Assembly (NCBI GenBank): GCA_002633005.1
Contig: NMRA01000688.1
Location: forward strand, 4,977-68,976
Source of the DNA: Phoronis australis
Taxonomy: Eukaryota; Animalia; Phoronida
Direction: 5' to 3'
DNA length: 64,000 bases
Shown: positions 33,984-48,414 of the stretch, piece after piece
Layout of the letters: each line of letters begins with the position of its first letter
Position numbering within the stretch: the first letter of the stretch is position 1
Notes under the pieces: model-generated
The model's database searches: none
Told to the model about the DNA's origin: nothing
The model's input: only the letters and a program-made list of their open reading frames with translations
Made by a program: the position numbers and the translations under genes

Positions 33984-36900
33984 ATGTGTTGTTGCCTAGA
34001 ATATACACAGAAATGTGGAGAGTTAGAGCTAGGGCTATAGTACCTCCCCTCCCACAAACTCACTGCATTGCACTGAGACTACATTTGGTTTTGGTTATCA
34101 GTTCGACATCAGTGTGGACATAAGTGACTGAAAAGTCAAACCATTTTGTTTCTAATGTCACCTTCCCACTTACACTGCAACTTTGCATTTTTGCGGAGTT
34201 CTGCTCTATGGGAAAGCTTTTAAAATATCTCCTGGACTTAATTCAGCCATCACATCTACTCTCAGAGAAGTTGATTAAGGTGCGGTGTTATGCAACTCCA
34301 CTTCAAATGGAGCATTCGCTAGAGGTCATGACATCAACCATGCAAGACTTCAGAGATTCATCTTTCCCGCATCTTTCTTGAATTTTCAAGAGCCATGCGT
34401 AAAGGAATAAGATAAGAAAATCGACAGAGTATCAGTAGCGCATTATTCATCGTAAATGGGTGAGATGTTTATTAATCTCGAATCCATTAGTTTTGAGAGT
34501 ATTATTGAAATTTGCCACTTGGTGTTTATATCAGAGAACTAAGAGTAATCCCGATGTCGCCAGTCAATGAGAAAAGGTAAGTGGAGTTACAGTGGAGTTG
34601 CAATTGACCGGGGTTAATTGTTCCATTGTTGGTGGGAAAGCGACATAAGAAATGATGTACCGAATATATAACTTACTCCAACATGTAGTAGCCAAGAGAA
34701 GTGAGTACAAGTGATTATTTTCTGAAGGCTAATTATACTGCGTAAAGGCAAATTATCATGACTGGTTATATTGTTCAATGTGGTAATGATACCCAAAATT
34801 ACTGAAGTTTGGCTCAATGTTTCCAATTAAATTTTAAATGCTTCACTACACGATTAACACATGATAGAAATTGATGCTTTTTGTAATAAAGTTTTGTAGT
34901 AAACCTTTTAATAAACAGATAAATTTAGCTGATATTTTTTGTCCGAAATATTAGAATGTTACCCTTAAGTAAACACTTTCTTGTTACCTGGTTCACAGTC
35001 ATCTTGCCATGAGTTCCGGCTTGGTTACAGTTTGAAGACAATTTCAAATGCGTTTTTCACAATTTCCTGCATTCAAGTGATCTGATATGTTGATTTCCTG
35101 TAAATACATACACAGCAAATCAGAATAAACTATACTGTGACGCGAATGCTTATCAGAATGACCTTCTTCATGTAGAGTCCATAAGTCCAAGAAATAGGAA
35201 GTGCGTTATCAGGCAGAAATTAATATTGTCTTTAAGTACACAAAGCTTATCAATTTCCTTTGAAAACATGAGTGTTTAGTGATAAACAGTTGTGTTGTTT
35301 TGGATCCTTACTTGTTCCTGATTTCAACTGTCATTAATGTTACGTAGGCCATATCGACTTGTCAAATATCTACAATACTGCATTAAGATGAAAGCATATA
35401 TTTTTTAAAGTAGAAAGCCTATAGAAGTTGAATTTTGACTTCACATGAATCTGGTATTATTTGAATCACTGTACAGCTGTTCAAGACAGTAGATTAGGAC
35501 AGTCCTCATGAGCTGGTTGTTCAGGTTTGGCCCTCTTTGCTGGCATGTTTGGGAAGTAGGATACTGATGTTTTTCTCCCAATAGTTTATTAGATTTTGAT
35601 AATTGGCCCGACTGGCTGACCAGACGAGGTGGGAAGAGTTGATTAATGCTTAAGGACCTCGCTAGAAAAGCTAGACTTCCTGAGGTTACGTCGGTGCTAT
35701 ATTGTTGTTTATTTTCAATGACAGCTCGTGATTTTGGCTAGATTTTTCTTGCCACAAGACAGCTACTGAACTTTACCCTGTACTTTATTCACAGTTTCAA
35801 CATGGCCAGGTCCACTACCTCGTTAAGGAGACATGCAGCATACATTATTTTAACTTCCATCTAGGGATTTATCCAGGATTCCAAAACTGGGAGTCCAAAT
35901 TTTTCCAAAAAACTTACCAAGCATGGGAGTTTCTGTGAACGTTGGTGGTCTGTCAGTACCGCTGCGGCCACGGCACCTTATGTGTCCACCCATGTAATAA
36001 CATAGTACAGTGAAGTGGAAATAAAAGACAAGTGTCATTGATAAAACAAAGAACATTTGTTTATTCAATAACTTTTAATGTTCAAAAAAGAATGTGACAT
36101 TCATGCAAGAGATGCCATTGTCAACAAAGTCCCAAACTGTAACACGTAGGTAAAGATTTCAACAGTAATGTCCTGGCTTCCACGAAGCAGACAGTCTGAA
36201 TAGAATGTCTTGGTAAAGCGATGCGCATTTTTTTCCTGGTCCTGACAGTCGAGCCTATGTTTTCTCTCAATCTCATGTCTTGCTCAGCATTCATAGTCAA
36301 TACCCTCGTAATGTGAGTCTGAATTTGACGTCAAAAAGTCAGTACATCCAAAACTACACGACCAGAATTCTGGCAGAAGTAACACAACATACGTCTCCAC
36401 GACTTGTCCGCCATCTTGAATATCTAATTAAGTAGAGTAAACAAAGTAATTCACGTGCATTTTCATTTAGTTGAATGGGAGAGCAAGTTGAAACCAATTT
36501 CTAAGATATCAACTGGATTGTCAAACGTGAGCAATTATGTAATTTTCAGGATTGTCTCAAATCTATTCTTCCTGTTAAAAACCATCTACTCTCAAGTTTG
36601 GAGCGAATTGTAAAAATGCCAATGTGGAATGTTGTTGGCAAAAATTTGGTACTTTGATTTGAAAGGTTCACCATTCATTTCATGGGAGTTGCGTTTCGCT
36701 GACTGGTCATGTTATCACCACGATACAGATCTGTAGCTGGATTATTTGTCGTACCAGAATCTGAGTCAACATCTGTGTCTGGAATAATTCTCTTGGTTTG
36801 TAAAATAATCCTCGAATCTTTTAGGTCTTTGCGTGCAGACTACGTAGGTAGAATGCGCATATCAATCATGACTGAAACCAGTGACGACACTGGCTTTTCA

Positions 36901-38212
36901 ATCACATATTAGCTGCCAATCAGATTCGTGAGCTATGTCTAACCATAAGACCACTAGGGGTGTTACACAGAATAGATAGTCTTACGATTCAAGCGATTCT
37001 TCACTCTGGTAGAACACTTGAGTTAAGCTTGTTATTTTGTGTAAGTAGCAACCGTACCAGTTGTAGTAAAGAATCGCTGATTAGCCGCTTATATATGTGA
37101 ATGAAATCCTTCAATTAATGCTAATATCCAGCTATTTTTGCTAATTTGAAGGCTAACAGAATAAGTTGTTAATATACCTAAGCAAGCCAATTAGGCTAAC
37201 AGTTCATTTAGCATTTATCTCAAGAGCGATGCTTTTAATAAAGAGCAGAAACCAAATTTACAGGTGTTACAATTCAAGATATATAGGCTTTAAGGAATTA
37301 AAACAGTTCTGAAGAAGCCATCACTCCTTGCAAGATAATACTAATGAAATTCGTAGGCTACAAGTTCATAAAAATGTGCAATTGTCACAAGCAGGAGATG
37401 AGTGCCACTCCACAAATTTACCACGACTAGGCTAAGTAAATGTCTGACAAGGAGTATTACTGTGGTAAGCATGCAAAGAACAACGAACATTTAACTTCAA
37501 AACGATTAATGAAATACTGGTAGTTAAGAAATACGGACAGTTGGCAAAAATATAGAAAATAATTTTAACAGGAAAAAATAATGTAAGTCTTGGTAACAAC
37601 ATGAAAAGAACAAAATAGAAACAACCAGCAGTGTAAAGGTTGAGTTTCCATGACAACTCCCCAACTTGTTACATACCACTCTAACAAATATTTCAACTGA
37701 AAAACAGAAACAAAATACAAGCTGGTGAGTGGGATCCTTATTAAGTGTTCATTTTGCACAATATACCACTGACTACATTCCATCATTTCATTGTAAAAAG
37801 CTGGTGAGTGAGACAGAGAGAGTCCGTGAAACCACAGCTTCGTTGACTGTTGTAAGCTAGCGGGTGATAGCTTTATGACCGAACTACTTCCTTTGGCTGC
37901 TGCCTCCTGATCACAGGTTGCTCACACCGGTTATTTGCAACCACAGCTCCATCTATTGGTGGAAGCTTAATTAAAAACTACATGGTATTGGCTATTTGGT
38001 AAAATCTCAAGTCGCTAGTCATAGGTTGGAGCAAGTAGTCGGAAAATGGAAGTGCTTGGCAAGAATCAGAAGGGTTTGGTTATGAGTCATGCTCAGGTAA
38101 TCCAGAACATCTCAGGTTCATGAAATTTGGCAAGTAGGTTTCTATGAAGGAGACAACAATGTCTTCCCATTTTCGAATAGATTTGGTATATTTTGTGTCA
38201 CCTAGTGGGTGA

Positions 38213-39895
38213 TTTTTATGCGCCCACATATTTATATGTGGACGCATTATGCCGTTATCTCCGTCTGTTCGTCCTGCTCTATCTCCAAAACCGATTGCTT
38301 ATGTTCATGAAAATTTGCACGTGTTCCTTTCATGAATAGGACGACATGAGCAAACTTTCGAACGGATCTGACTACCGGTGTGTCCCCCTAGTGGCAATTA
38401 TAGTTTTTTACATTTACCTCTATCTTCAAAGGTCCTCAACATATTTTCATAAAATTTGGTATATAGGCATCAAATAGTGAGACGACAGTATCCTCCTGTT
38501 TTTGGATGGATTCTACATAGATTGCGCCACCTTGTGGCCATTTTTACTGTTTTCCTGTCTGTTTTTAAGCGTCCACCCATCTATCAACCAAACCCGCTCT
38601 AAGCATGATTAATGTGAATTACTATGAAGAGGACGATTGACGATGATTTACCGACGACTTCGACTACTGTGGCGCCTCCTAGTGGCAGTTTTTTGCACCT
38701 ATGGCTATATCTCCTAAATCATTTTCGGGATCTTTACTAAATTTAATAAGTGCATTTTTATGATGATGACAACAGATGACGACATTTCAATAGATCTGAC
38801 TACTGGTATGCCACCTAGTGGCAATTTTATTGTTTTTACGTTTACCTCTGTATCTTCAAAGGTCCTCAAGATATTTTCATAAAATTTCGTATACAGGCTT
38901 CTGTTAGTGAGGTGAGGCTATCTTTTCGTTTTCAGATGGATTCGACCTAGTTTGCGTCACGTAGTGGCCATATTTACTGTTTTTTAGTCTGTTTTTGACA
39001 TCCACCCCTCTATCAACCAAACCGCTTTCAGGATAATTGTGAAAATTGGCAATTATGTTTTTACTATGAAGTGTATGGCTGATGATGATTTTCCGATGAC
39101 TTTGACTGCTATGGCGCCTCTTACTGGCAGTTTCATTTTTTCGCCCATGGCTCTATTTTCTAAACCGTGTACAGGATCTTTACTAAATTTAATAAGTGTG
39201 TTTATATGATGATGGCAATGGACGACGACGATTTTCGAATGGATCTGGCTATTGATATTCCCCCTGGTGGCAATTTTAGTTTTACGTTTACCTCAATATC
39301 TTCAAAGGTCCTCAACAGATTTTCATAAAATTTCGAATATGGGCATCTACTGGTGAGGTGATGCTATCCTGTTTTCAGATGAATCAAGGTATCTTGCACC
39401 ACCTAGTGACCATTTTTGCTGTTTTCCAGTCTGTTTTTTGTCGTCTACCCCACTATCAACCAAATCACTCTGAGGATGGTTTTGAAATTTGGCGTATGTT
39501 CTCAGTGTGAAGAGGACGGTTGACGATGACAACTTTGACTACTGTGGCGCCTCCTAGTTGTAGTTTTGTTTTGCGTCCATAGCTGTGTCTCCTTAACCCA
39601 CTGCACTATCTTTATTAAATTTAAGTAGTAAAATGTTTTATATGAAGCTAACAACAGACAGTGACGACTTTCTGGCTGATGACAGTAACAGTGTGCCCCC
39701 TAGTGGCAATTTCATTTAATTCTGTTTTCCTTTGTTTCTCTAAAGTTCGGTGATGGATTTCTATGAAATTTGGCGTATAGCTATCTATTAAAGAAGCAAT
39801 GACATGTTCCCATTTTCAGATGGATTCTACGTTTTTTGTGCCGTCTAGTGGCCATTTTATGTCACAAATAAACAACCCTAAAACAACACCATTTG
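38213..39895 (+). mobile_element. HINE-like copy, 3' end truncated
   Basis: Intact 5' TTTTTATGCGCCCACATATTTATATGTGGACGCATTATGCCG followed by about 3.5 internal repeat units. Confidence 0.8.
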
Positions 39896-40305
39896 TTAAA
39901 ATTTTGAGTCAATTTTTGAGTCTGCCTCTATCCGCCAAGCAGCAATAAGGATCATAGTGAAAATGGGTAGATGTGTCGTTGGCACAAGATTGTTGAGCAT
40001 CATTAGGATGGTACATGCCAATTTTCAATTTGCCCCACACCCAGGTCTAGGGACGGGACTTTTCAGTATATTTTGTGAACATTTGTTGCCAAACGAGATG
40101 TAAAGAAGCAGTGGACGAATTTCAACAAAATTTGACAAGAATGTATCAATATTGTGCCGGCACTAGCCGGTTTGATTACCCAGAATCACTCGGTAGCCAT
40201 TTTTGTCTCTAGTGTTTTCAGCATTTTTTGGGGAAGAGCATTTTGGTGACATCAAGACAGTTGCTTAGCTCCACGATAAGCTTGTGCAGCCTATGATGAA
40301 GGATT

Positions 40306-40578
40306 CCGCACAAAATGGGGTCCCTAGGCACATGGTACCTGCTTAATTACTTCGCACAAAAGTCCCTAGGCACATGGCACTTGCTTAACTACTTCGCACA
40401 AAATGGGGTCCCTAGGCACATGGCACCTGCTTAACTACTTCACACAAAATGGGGTCCCTAGGCACATGGCACCTGCTTAACTACTTTGCACAAAATGGGG
40501 TCCCTAGGCACATGGCATCTGCTTAACTACTTCGCACAAAATGGGGTCCCTAGGCGCATGGCACCTGTTTAACTACTT
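40306..40578. repeat. ~46-bp minisatellite x6
   Basis: cgcacaaaatggggtccctaggcacatggcacctgcttaactactt repeated. Confidence 0.92.
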
Positions 40579-41152
40579 TCTCGCAACATAAAAATTTTTG
40601 CCAACTTGTGAGGGGGGGAAATTCTGGGGTTTGGGCAACTGATGGTAGCTAAGAACTTGTGGCGACCATGTTTGAATAGCTCGAAAATTGTGGAGAGTGG
40701 CTGGGGGAATGTTATGATTGGGTTATAAGCTCAATTCTCATAACATTGTCTGATATTTGTGGTGCAGAACAGAGTAAAACATTAATATGAGACTACATGT
40801 CTCATTGCAAAAATGAGCAAATGAAATATTTCATGTCTGCCATATTGTATTGATCGTAAGTGGTGGGATGTCGATCCATAACTAAAAGTTGTGTTTTCTT
40901 TTGATGTGGATGTTACTTGAATTATCACTGCAATCTGACTAAAGAATTTTTCTAAATGAATAGAAAAACGAAATGCATGTTTTTACTGAAAAGGATCCTA
41001 CCGTAAGAGTAGAAAGTATAAATACCTGGTAATAGTTGTTTACTGATGGACCTTCTCTAGCTCAGCAAAGTGAAGGTGGAGTGAGGGGAAACAATGTTTT
41101 ATTTGATAGTGTGTCCAACTCAACTTAACCTGTAGTCATCAACTTATCTTAA

Positions 41153-42793
41153 AGGAGAATGCCACTCAAAAAAACAACCTATTTTGTATCAATTTAGATC
41201 GAGTAGTTCTACTTGATAACGGCAGGTTCGGTTGCGTTACCTGACACCTGACGGCAGACGGAGGTGTTGAAATTATCCAATGACGTAATTGGTTTCATAC
41301 GCAGTCTGTTCAGCAGTTCACAACACGGGTTAGTGGTGTCATTTTATCGCTTGAATTCATCTTTTTACACCAATAAATCATCAAACTTCGATGTAAAAAA
41401 ATACACCGAGTTCTTACAAAAACGTGTTGTTTTATTTGGCTGTTACGGATTTACTGGTATTTGGACACACCGTACAGCACTGAGGCCAATTTACCAAGGT
41501 CAATAGCAGGAGTTTGAGGCCTGTTCGGAGATAAATTCCAAGTATTGTTCTGTGAAATACAGACTGGAGAACCTAGATCTGTGTTGTTTATACTTGTGAT
41601 TTTTTGAGTTCTAAACACACAAAACGCTTGTTATCCCGGCCAGTGGCTTAGAACCCATCAGGCCTGTCGCGGCCAGACTTACTCGTTATCCCGGCCAGTG
41701 GCTCGGAACCCGATGAGGCCCGTCGCGGCCGCCGGGACTAGCATGAACATAAACCAGCTTGAGGTGGAAACTAAACCTCCAGTCACGAAAAGACTATAAT
41801 AGTGAATTATCCACGAAACTCAGTGAAAATCTACTTACTTTTCGGAGACCATCAGGGCAAAGGTTGTACAGTGACAATGATTTGAATAATATTTTGTATT
41901 TCTAAATAAAGATTCCCCTAACATGTGAAAATAGCAAGTAAATCAGCTTTCTGTCAGCAAACACTGAATTAGCGTGCGCTCACACGGCCCCGGTGCCTGG
42001 TCAATTACCTTTGTTGCCGGCATCAAAAGCCGGTAACGCAGTGGTTTATTCATTGCTGACTTCTCAAAATATTTGCACTCCCCAGCACTCCAAGGCATTA
42101 CAAATTGTATCTAATGAGACAGACTTTGTTTCAGTTTCATATAAACATTGGTTAGGATCATTTTAGGATGAGAGTAATTCATTTTGAAACAGAAAGCAGA
42201 ATAATAAATGTCTACATGGCAACTCGCCCGGCGCCAATTCTGACTTAGTTAAGAGCTCATCCGACAAAGACTTCACGGGTCGGATCGTTAGGTTTCACAG
42301 GCTATCAGTTCGAACCGGAATACACTGATCAAGAAATACTAGAGAGGCGCTGTGAACATGCATAGGCAATGCAACGTATGGATAGTTTTTTGGTTAGCCG
42401 GAATTCATCAGAGAAATCACTGTCGACGATCAAAATGCCGGCCACAGACACAGAGATGTTTCACGGCCTCATACTTGCTATTAACAGTATACCTTTCATT
42501 CTTTAGTACTACGAGCCACTTCCTAAGCATTTTATGCTCTTGAGGAAGTCGAAAAAAAGGTATACCCGCTTTCTTCGCAGCTTCATAGTTCGGACAAGTG
42601 GGAACCGATGCACCACAATATAGTGGCATTCACTCTACAGACGAACCACTGACGTCGCTGCGTCGCTTGTCGCCTTCCTCACAGGTTAACGCGACACCTC
42701 TCGGCAAGGTGAGGTCAACCGTATAAGAGGCGATGTGGATATAGACCGATTAAGACGGTAAAAAAGACTAATTAAACTGGGTGGCATTCTCCT
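41153..42793 (-). mobile_element. Internally deleted Kolobok-like DNA transposon
   Basis: TTAA at 41149-41152 and 42794-42797; 13-bp perfect TIR AGGAGAATGCCAC; contains a THAP ORF on the - strand. Confidence 0.85.
42417..42629 (-). pseudogene. Truncated THAP zinc-finger transposase N-terminus
   Basis: MPLYCGASVPTCPN...FFRLPQ...KWLVVL...VCGRHF: C2CH THAP signature with the conserved P, W and F; terminates prematurely. Confidence 0.8.
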
Positions 42794-44225
42794 TTAATTC
42801 TAACTGATGGATTGGTTGTGATACTGTCTTGTCTGCAGGTGTGCAGCAAGATATGAAACTGATGCATTAAGTTTCAGTTCTATATATTGTGCGTAAATAC
42901 AGAAAATGCCTTTGTTTCCTGGATATCAGATTGCAAAACTGAAGTTCACTTAAAATGTCAGGATTGTTGTCATAGTTTAGGGTTTAAGCTATCAATATCA
43001 TTTGGTGTTGTTCTGAGATTTGTTTGACAGTTACGTCAAGACATAGGTCTTACATTATGTTGTGTTCTGACAGAAAGTTATCCAGCATATCATCCTTTTC
43101 TGACTGCAATTGCAAATGTGATAAATTAGATCTGGGCCCTCCTTTCTATTACTGGAGTAAAGTAACTGTAACAGTTGTACAAAATTTACACCTTGAAAAT
43201 ATGCAATTAGAGACCCATTACACTAATCCTCAGGGATGTAGGAAGCTGGGTGGGGGGATCTTGCAGGGGCTGGTGCCTCCCCAATAATTTCTAAGCACCT
43301 GGGTGAAATCGTGTCACCTGGCAAAGGCGTAGGTCCACTAGAGTCGTGTCAGAGTCATACATATGTCAACCAACTTGTTGGTTGTACACCTTACTTGGTG
43401 AACAACCAACCAAGTGCAGTGCACAACATGTGGATATCAACCAACAAGTTATGTATCCACCACTTTGACGCCACACAATGTTGTATACCTATTCGTTGTA
43501 AACATTTCATTCGTTCGTAGTATTAAAACGTTTTTGACATTTTTTGCACTTGTTCAAAGTTAATAACTTTTTGAACTTTATGTCATACCAAAAACTGGTT
43601 GAAACAGCATTAAGAGTTTTTCTCTACAAATCGGACCATAGGCCTTTAACTCTTGTTGAAAAGTTGTTGGTTATTGAAGTGTATACGTAAACAACATGTA
43701 AGCTATGGTTCTGAAATAAAATCCCCCAAACTGGATTAAGCGTATTTATTTTTGCAAAACTGTAACAGAGTTCTTCTGCCTTACAATCATGCACATCATA
43801 TCATCACAAGATAACTACCATGTATTTGTAAATCCTGTTCAATAATGCACTCCTACACTGACTGTAGTACATATCTACTCTGAGTCAGACTATACTGTTT
43901 CAGCCGGCAAAGCATCAAAATCTGTGCAGTCCGTTGAATAATCTGAGTCGTACTCATCAATGTGACCATTTCTACTCTTTGAGTCCTCTCCCACGTCCAC
44001 AATCGCACTGGCAACAGCAGAACCAGCATTTACAATTGTAGCAGTGATGGTAATTTGTTTCCCATCCAAACTGGTCCATTCTTATGCTGAGGTAAATCCC
44101 ACGTACATTTTTTAGTAAAACAGAGTATAAAATAGTCAACATTCTCCTCAGAGCACACCTCAACACACAACTTACTTTTAGTCTACCTTGTCCTTATGGA
44201 ACATAAGAATTATCGTGAGTTGTTA

Positions 44226-47200
44226 AAGTAAAGTCGCGTGATTTTCAGACACTGAAAATTAATTCCAATAGAAAAAATTCATTCTTGGACGAATCTCGCG
44301 AAACATCATTTCTGTGGTGTCCGAATTTGGCGGACCTCCAAATTTGGGTTTTGGCTAGTGTCCCAATTTCGTGGGTGTACATTATTTCGATGAGCGGTCG
44401 TAGTATCAAACATTGCTGGCTCGGTCATTTGATAGCAGCATAATTGCAGGTCAATAAGACTCAAACGGTCTGGGCGATTAATTTTTGAAAATCTGGCTTT
44501 CCCAATAAGAAATGTGCATTGTCAACGCATATATACCTTTCCCGACAAGTGTTGGTTCTTCTTTTCAAAGATGCCCTTTCTCAATATGAAATATTCGGCT
44601 TTTAGCTTCTCCGATGCTCAAAAACCGTTCTCGGCAAGCGATGGAATCTTATCAAAGATGCGCTATCTCACTTGAAATAGCGGGCTGCGCTGTGAAAAAG
44701 GAGTTTTCCTGGTGACAAATATGGGCTTTCCAATGAGTGGGTCTGGTTTGCGTTGTTGACGCACATGAAACGTTCCAGACAACTGACTCTCTTTTGTAAA
44801 AATGCGTTTTCTCAATAAAAAAAATGTCCAGTTTGCGCTGTCAACCCACAAAGAGCGCCTCGATAGGCGCTTTTTTAATATTGTTTCCCAATAAAAAGCT
44901 GGACTTGCATATTCGACGCACAAAGAGGGTTTCCGACCATCAAAACATGCGCTTTCTCAATTTTAACGAATTTTGCATTAAACGTAACAGTAATGGATGT
45001 GAAAACGATTTCAATGAAGAAAGTGATGAACAATGACCAGAGCATAGTACATATTTATGTTTGTTCAACGTATCCATGCATTATCTGCTGGTTACAAACC
45101 GTAACGCAAGTTAACTCTGACACGTTTATTTCCATATTACCTGAAAGCTCAGTTTCAACATGAAAACTTCGAATGAACAATTATCTAAAATAGATTACAA
45201 AGACAATCATGATAGGAAAATGAGTAGTTTCTCATCGACTCGTGATCCCCATTCGTCGTTCTGGTAGTCATTGAATTGTTGAAGAAGCGCTGTCGTTCTA
45301 CATATGTTTAGGCCTACTGCAAACTATGGGAATGCGTGTACTAGTACAGTGCTGCGCGGCTGAAGACACGATTAACTAACATATTGTATATATAAGGCGT
45401 TGTCTAGAAAGCGAATGCAATTTCAAATGCTACCAACATCAAATTCACCCAACAGTTTTTTACAATTAAAACCTTTCTCATCCTCAGCCTTTGAAACGCC
45501 CGATGTTACTCAGTGATACACAGGCGCGTCTTCAGGCAACTGAGGTGACCTAACACATCTGGGTTCGCTTACGTTTTTACGGAAAAGACGTCACACATTT
45601 ACAATGAATGCTAAAATTTAAAGTATGATCAGTTGTGAGTTTACTGAAGTCTCATTGTAAGTACAGAAATATTGTTGAAGAATAACAGTGACTATCTGAA
45701 GAGGGAAATATATAACAAAATAAAATATGGAAACACCAAACAAAAATCAAAACAACACTAACCTGTTGCAATAACGCCTTAAACGCGAACGTACTGACCG
45801 ACTTGCATGAACGGAATGTTAGTTGAACATGTTAGTAGAACAAAACTGTCTCAATGAAATTTTCATGGTTTACAGGTTTAAGAAGATCCACCGTAGATTT
45901 CCGTATGTAAGTCCAGCAGAATATATGCCCAATTTGCGTATCTTAAATTTTTTCCCTAAAATATACCTGGATGCATATCTGAGAATAAAAATGCATGCTT
46001 GAAATCTGAAAATAATGCTATTCCCACTAGAATATAATTAGGGTGAGATACAGTATTTATACTGTGTTCGTGTATTCGACATTGCCGAGTATAGGCCCTG
46101 GTGTATTTTTACATAGACGTTTGGTTTCCCGAACTTATATACGGAAATCACTGGTAATACTTCCCAAAATTATTTACCCTTGCTGTACGTAAGGCATCAC
46201 CTCGGGTAAAAATAGAACAATAATAATTAGCAATGTAACAGTCATCTCTTTCGAATCAAACACAATTAAACACAGTTACAGCTGAAATGCCTCTAAAACT
46301 ATCTTAAGTAATACAAAAATCATAGTCTGTAGTTTAAGATCACGTTTCTTTTTTTGTCTCAAAACTATCAACTGAAGGCGGTGACATGGACAAGAAGACC
46401 AGGCCCTGTGGAAAGTAGATATGGAACTCCAGGTCGGAAACACCTATAAGGTCCCAGGCTCGTTGCATCGGACTGCAGGTCCTGTATTCTTGTTAGCCTA
46501 CCCCTAGGACCGCAAGAAGCAATGACTATCAAATCTGATTCAACTGACTTATCATTTTTGGAAATGATTGGAGTATTTTCTTATGGTCGCCGCAGACAGA
46601 GATCGAGTGCCACAGGGTACCGCTTGGGCGGCGCAGCACTGAAAAAAGTGGGGGGCTAAAGCCCCCCTCAAACCCCTGTGGTGCATCGCCTATTGACCAT
46701 GCGTGGCGTAGCACTGAAAAAAGTGGGAGGTTATAGCCCCCCAGTCCCCTATGGTGCGCCGCCCATGTCCCGGTGTCCTCAGTTGTCGGGATTCATCTTA
46801 ATCTCGGGACACCATGGAGTCCAGGGTGTTGTACCTCAGACGGTACAAGGCGCGAATTAACAAGACCACAAGTACACAGACCAGTGGATGAGCAGGCAAA
46901 ATTAGGTCGCCGCATATTCAATCTTTTTAGGTCTACATAGGGGTAAAGCTCGTAACGCTAGGACTTCACTAAAAAGCAAGAATTCATGAAATTATGTGAC
47001 ATATTGTGTATTTTCAGTTGAAAACGTGATTTTGGTTAGATTTTTCTACTCCCAAGACAGCTACTGAACTCTACCCTAGTCTTCGTACAGGGCCGCAAGG
47101 GTGAGAATCTCACGAGCACGCTAGTCTGAAGACTTCGTAACGTATGGTCAAGTATTGCAAGCGAAGCACACGATCACACTAGCTTCTTTAGCGAGATTCT

Positions 47201-48249
47201 TGCATCTGTGATGCTTATCAGAGATAGAGAATTTGTAAGGGTAGTGAAGCATGGTTACGTGGGTGTATATTAGTTTTTGATATGTGTTATAGTACAGGCA
47301 CTTACACAACATAAGGCAGGGATGCTGTGTCCCTGTAGCAATTGCGTGTGCGGCACTACGCCAGCGCGCCGTTCTGAGTGCTGGGCCTTACACTGCTTAA
47401 CACATTACACGAATGGGCACTACCAAGGAGACACTGAAAAACCAAAGACGTTTGAACTACGAACAGATTTTTAATGAAAAATTTTCGTTTCAACCCAAAA
47501 ATTGCGTTTGAATGTTAGTCAGTGGTGGCTCATCATTCCTTGCTAACTGTCCCATTCAAAATTATTAAGCAAGCCCAGAACGGCTGCACGAAGATTTCAA
47601 TCATTCGCCGGGATGCAGGTAAGTGGCAGCAAAACTTATTGTCCGGCGATAGTTGGGCATTTGCAAAGGTTAGGACGTTTTAAAATAAAAACGTTTCGAA
47701 ACACGCAAGTTGATGTCAGGCGTGCATGTTCAATGTCACAGTCGGGAGTCGAACGGCACGGCCTATTTAAACCAGAGCACATGTTACGCTACAACGAAAA
47801 GTTGCAGCCTTCGGTGTATTTCCTATTTGTATTTTCAGCAGAAATTTTCGTTATGCGGAACCCGGTGATTCTTTTCATAGCTAAAGCGCCAAACACAAGC
47901 TAAATGCAAGACAATCGAGTAACGGTCGTGACATCGTGAAGACAAGGTAAAAATAACAAACCCGTTATACCGCTTCTCGGACTCGAGCCTTATACAGTAG
48001 TAATCATCCGTTGAACGCTTTAGTGACACGGGAGTTGCGTCGATCCCAACTTACCGTTTCTAAAATTTTCCTTGTCCGAAAGTCGCGGGACAAAATTCCG
48101 ATGTTTATGACAATGTCCGAAATTCGAGGATCTTTGAAAAACAGTTTTTCAACCTTGTACGAATTTCGTGGACTATGAAAAACTCATTTTGAAAATATTT
48201 ATTCTTGGTCGAAAATGGCGAGCTGTCCGAAAATCACGCGACTTTACCG
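44226..48249. mobile_element. TA-flanked (Tc1/mariner/pogo-like) non-autonomous element, ~4 kb
   Basis: Left TA-AAGTAAAGTCGCGTGATTTTCAGACA; right TGTCCGAAAATCACGCGACTTTACCG-TA; no long ORF. Confidence 0.75.
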
Positions 48250-48414
48250 TACACATGTTGCATAACTTGATGCTATGTTCTTATAAAAGTTCTGTAAAAG
48301 TGATGTGAATACATTTAAATAAGTTTTGACAACAAACATCACTGATGTGGAAATAAATGAGCAATCAAATTTATTTATTCAGCAACCACCACTTGCCTGC
48401 TTATGATCCAGCAC

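Noticed and set aside
40306-40578. 46-bp repeat array as CRISPR
   Set aside because: No variable spacers; an ordinary minisatellite.
43890-44166. Cys-rich ORF (CYNCKCWFCCCQCDCG) as a metallothionein-like peptide
   Set aside because: No supportive start or splice context; the alternative frame gives an acidic tail more like a decayed transposon fragment; no family recognised.
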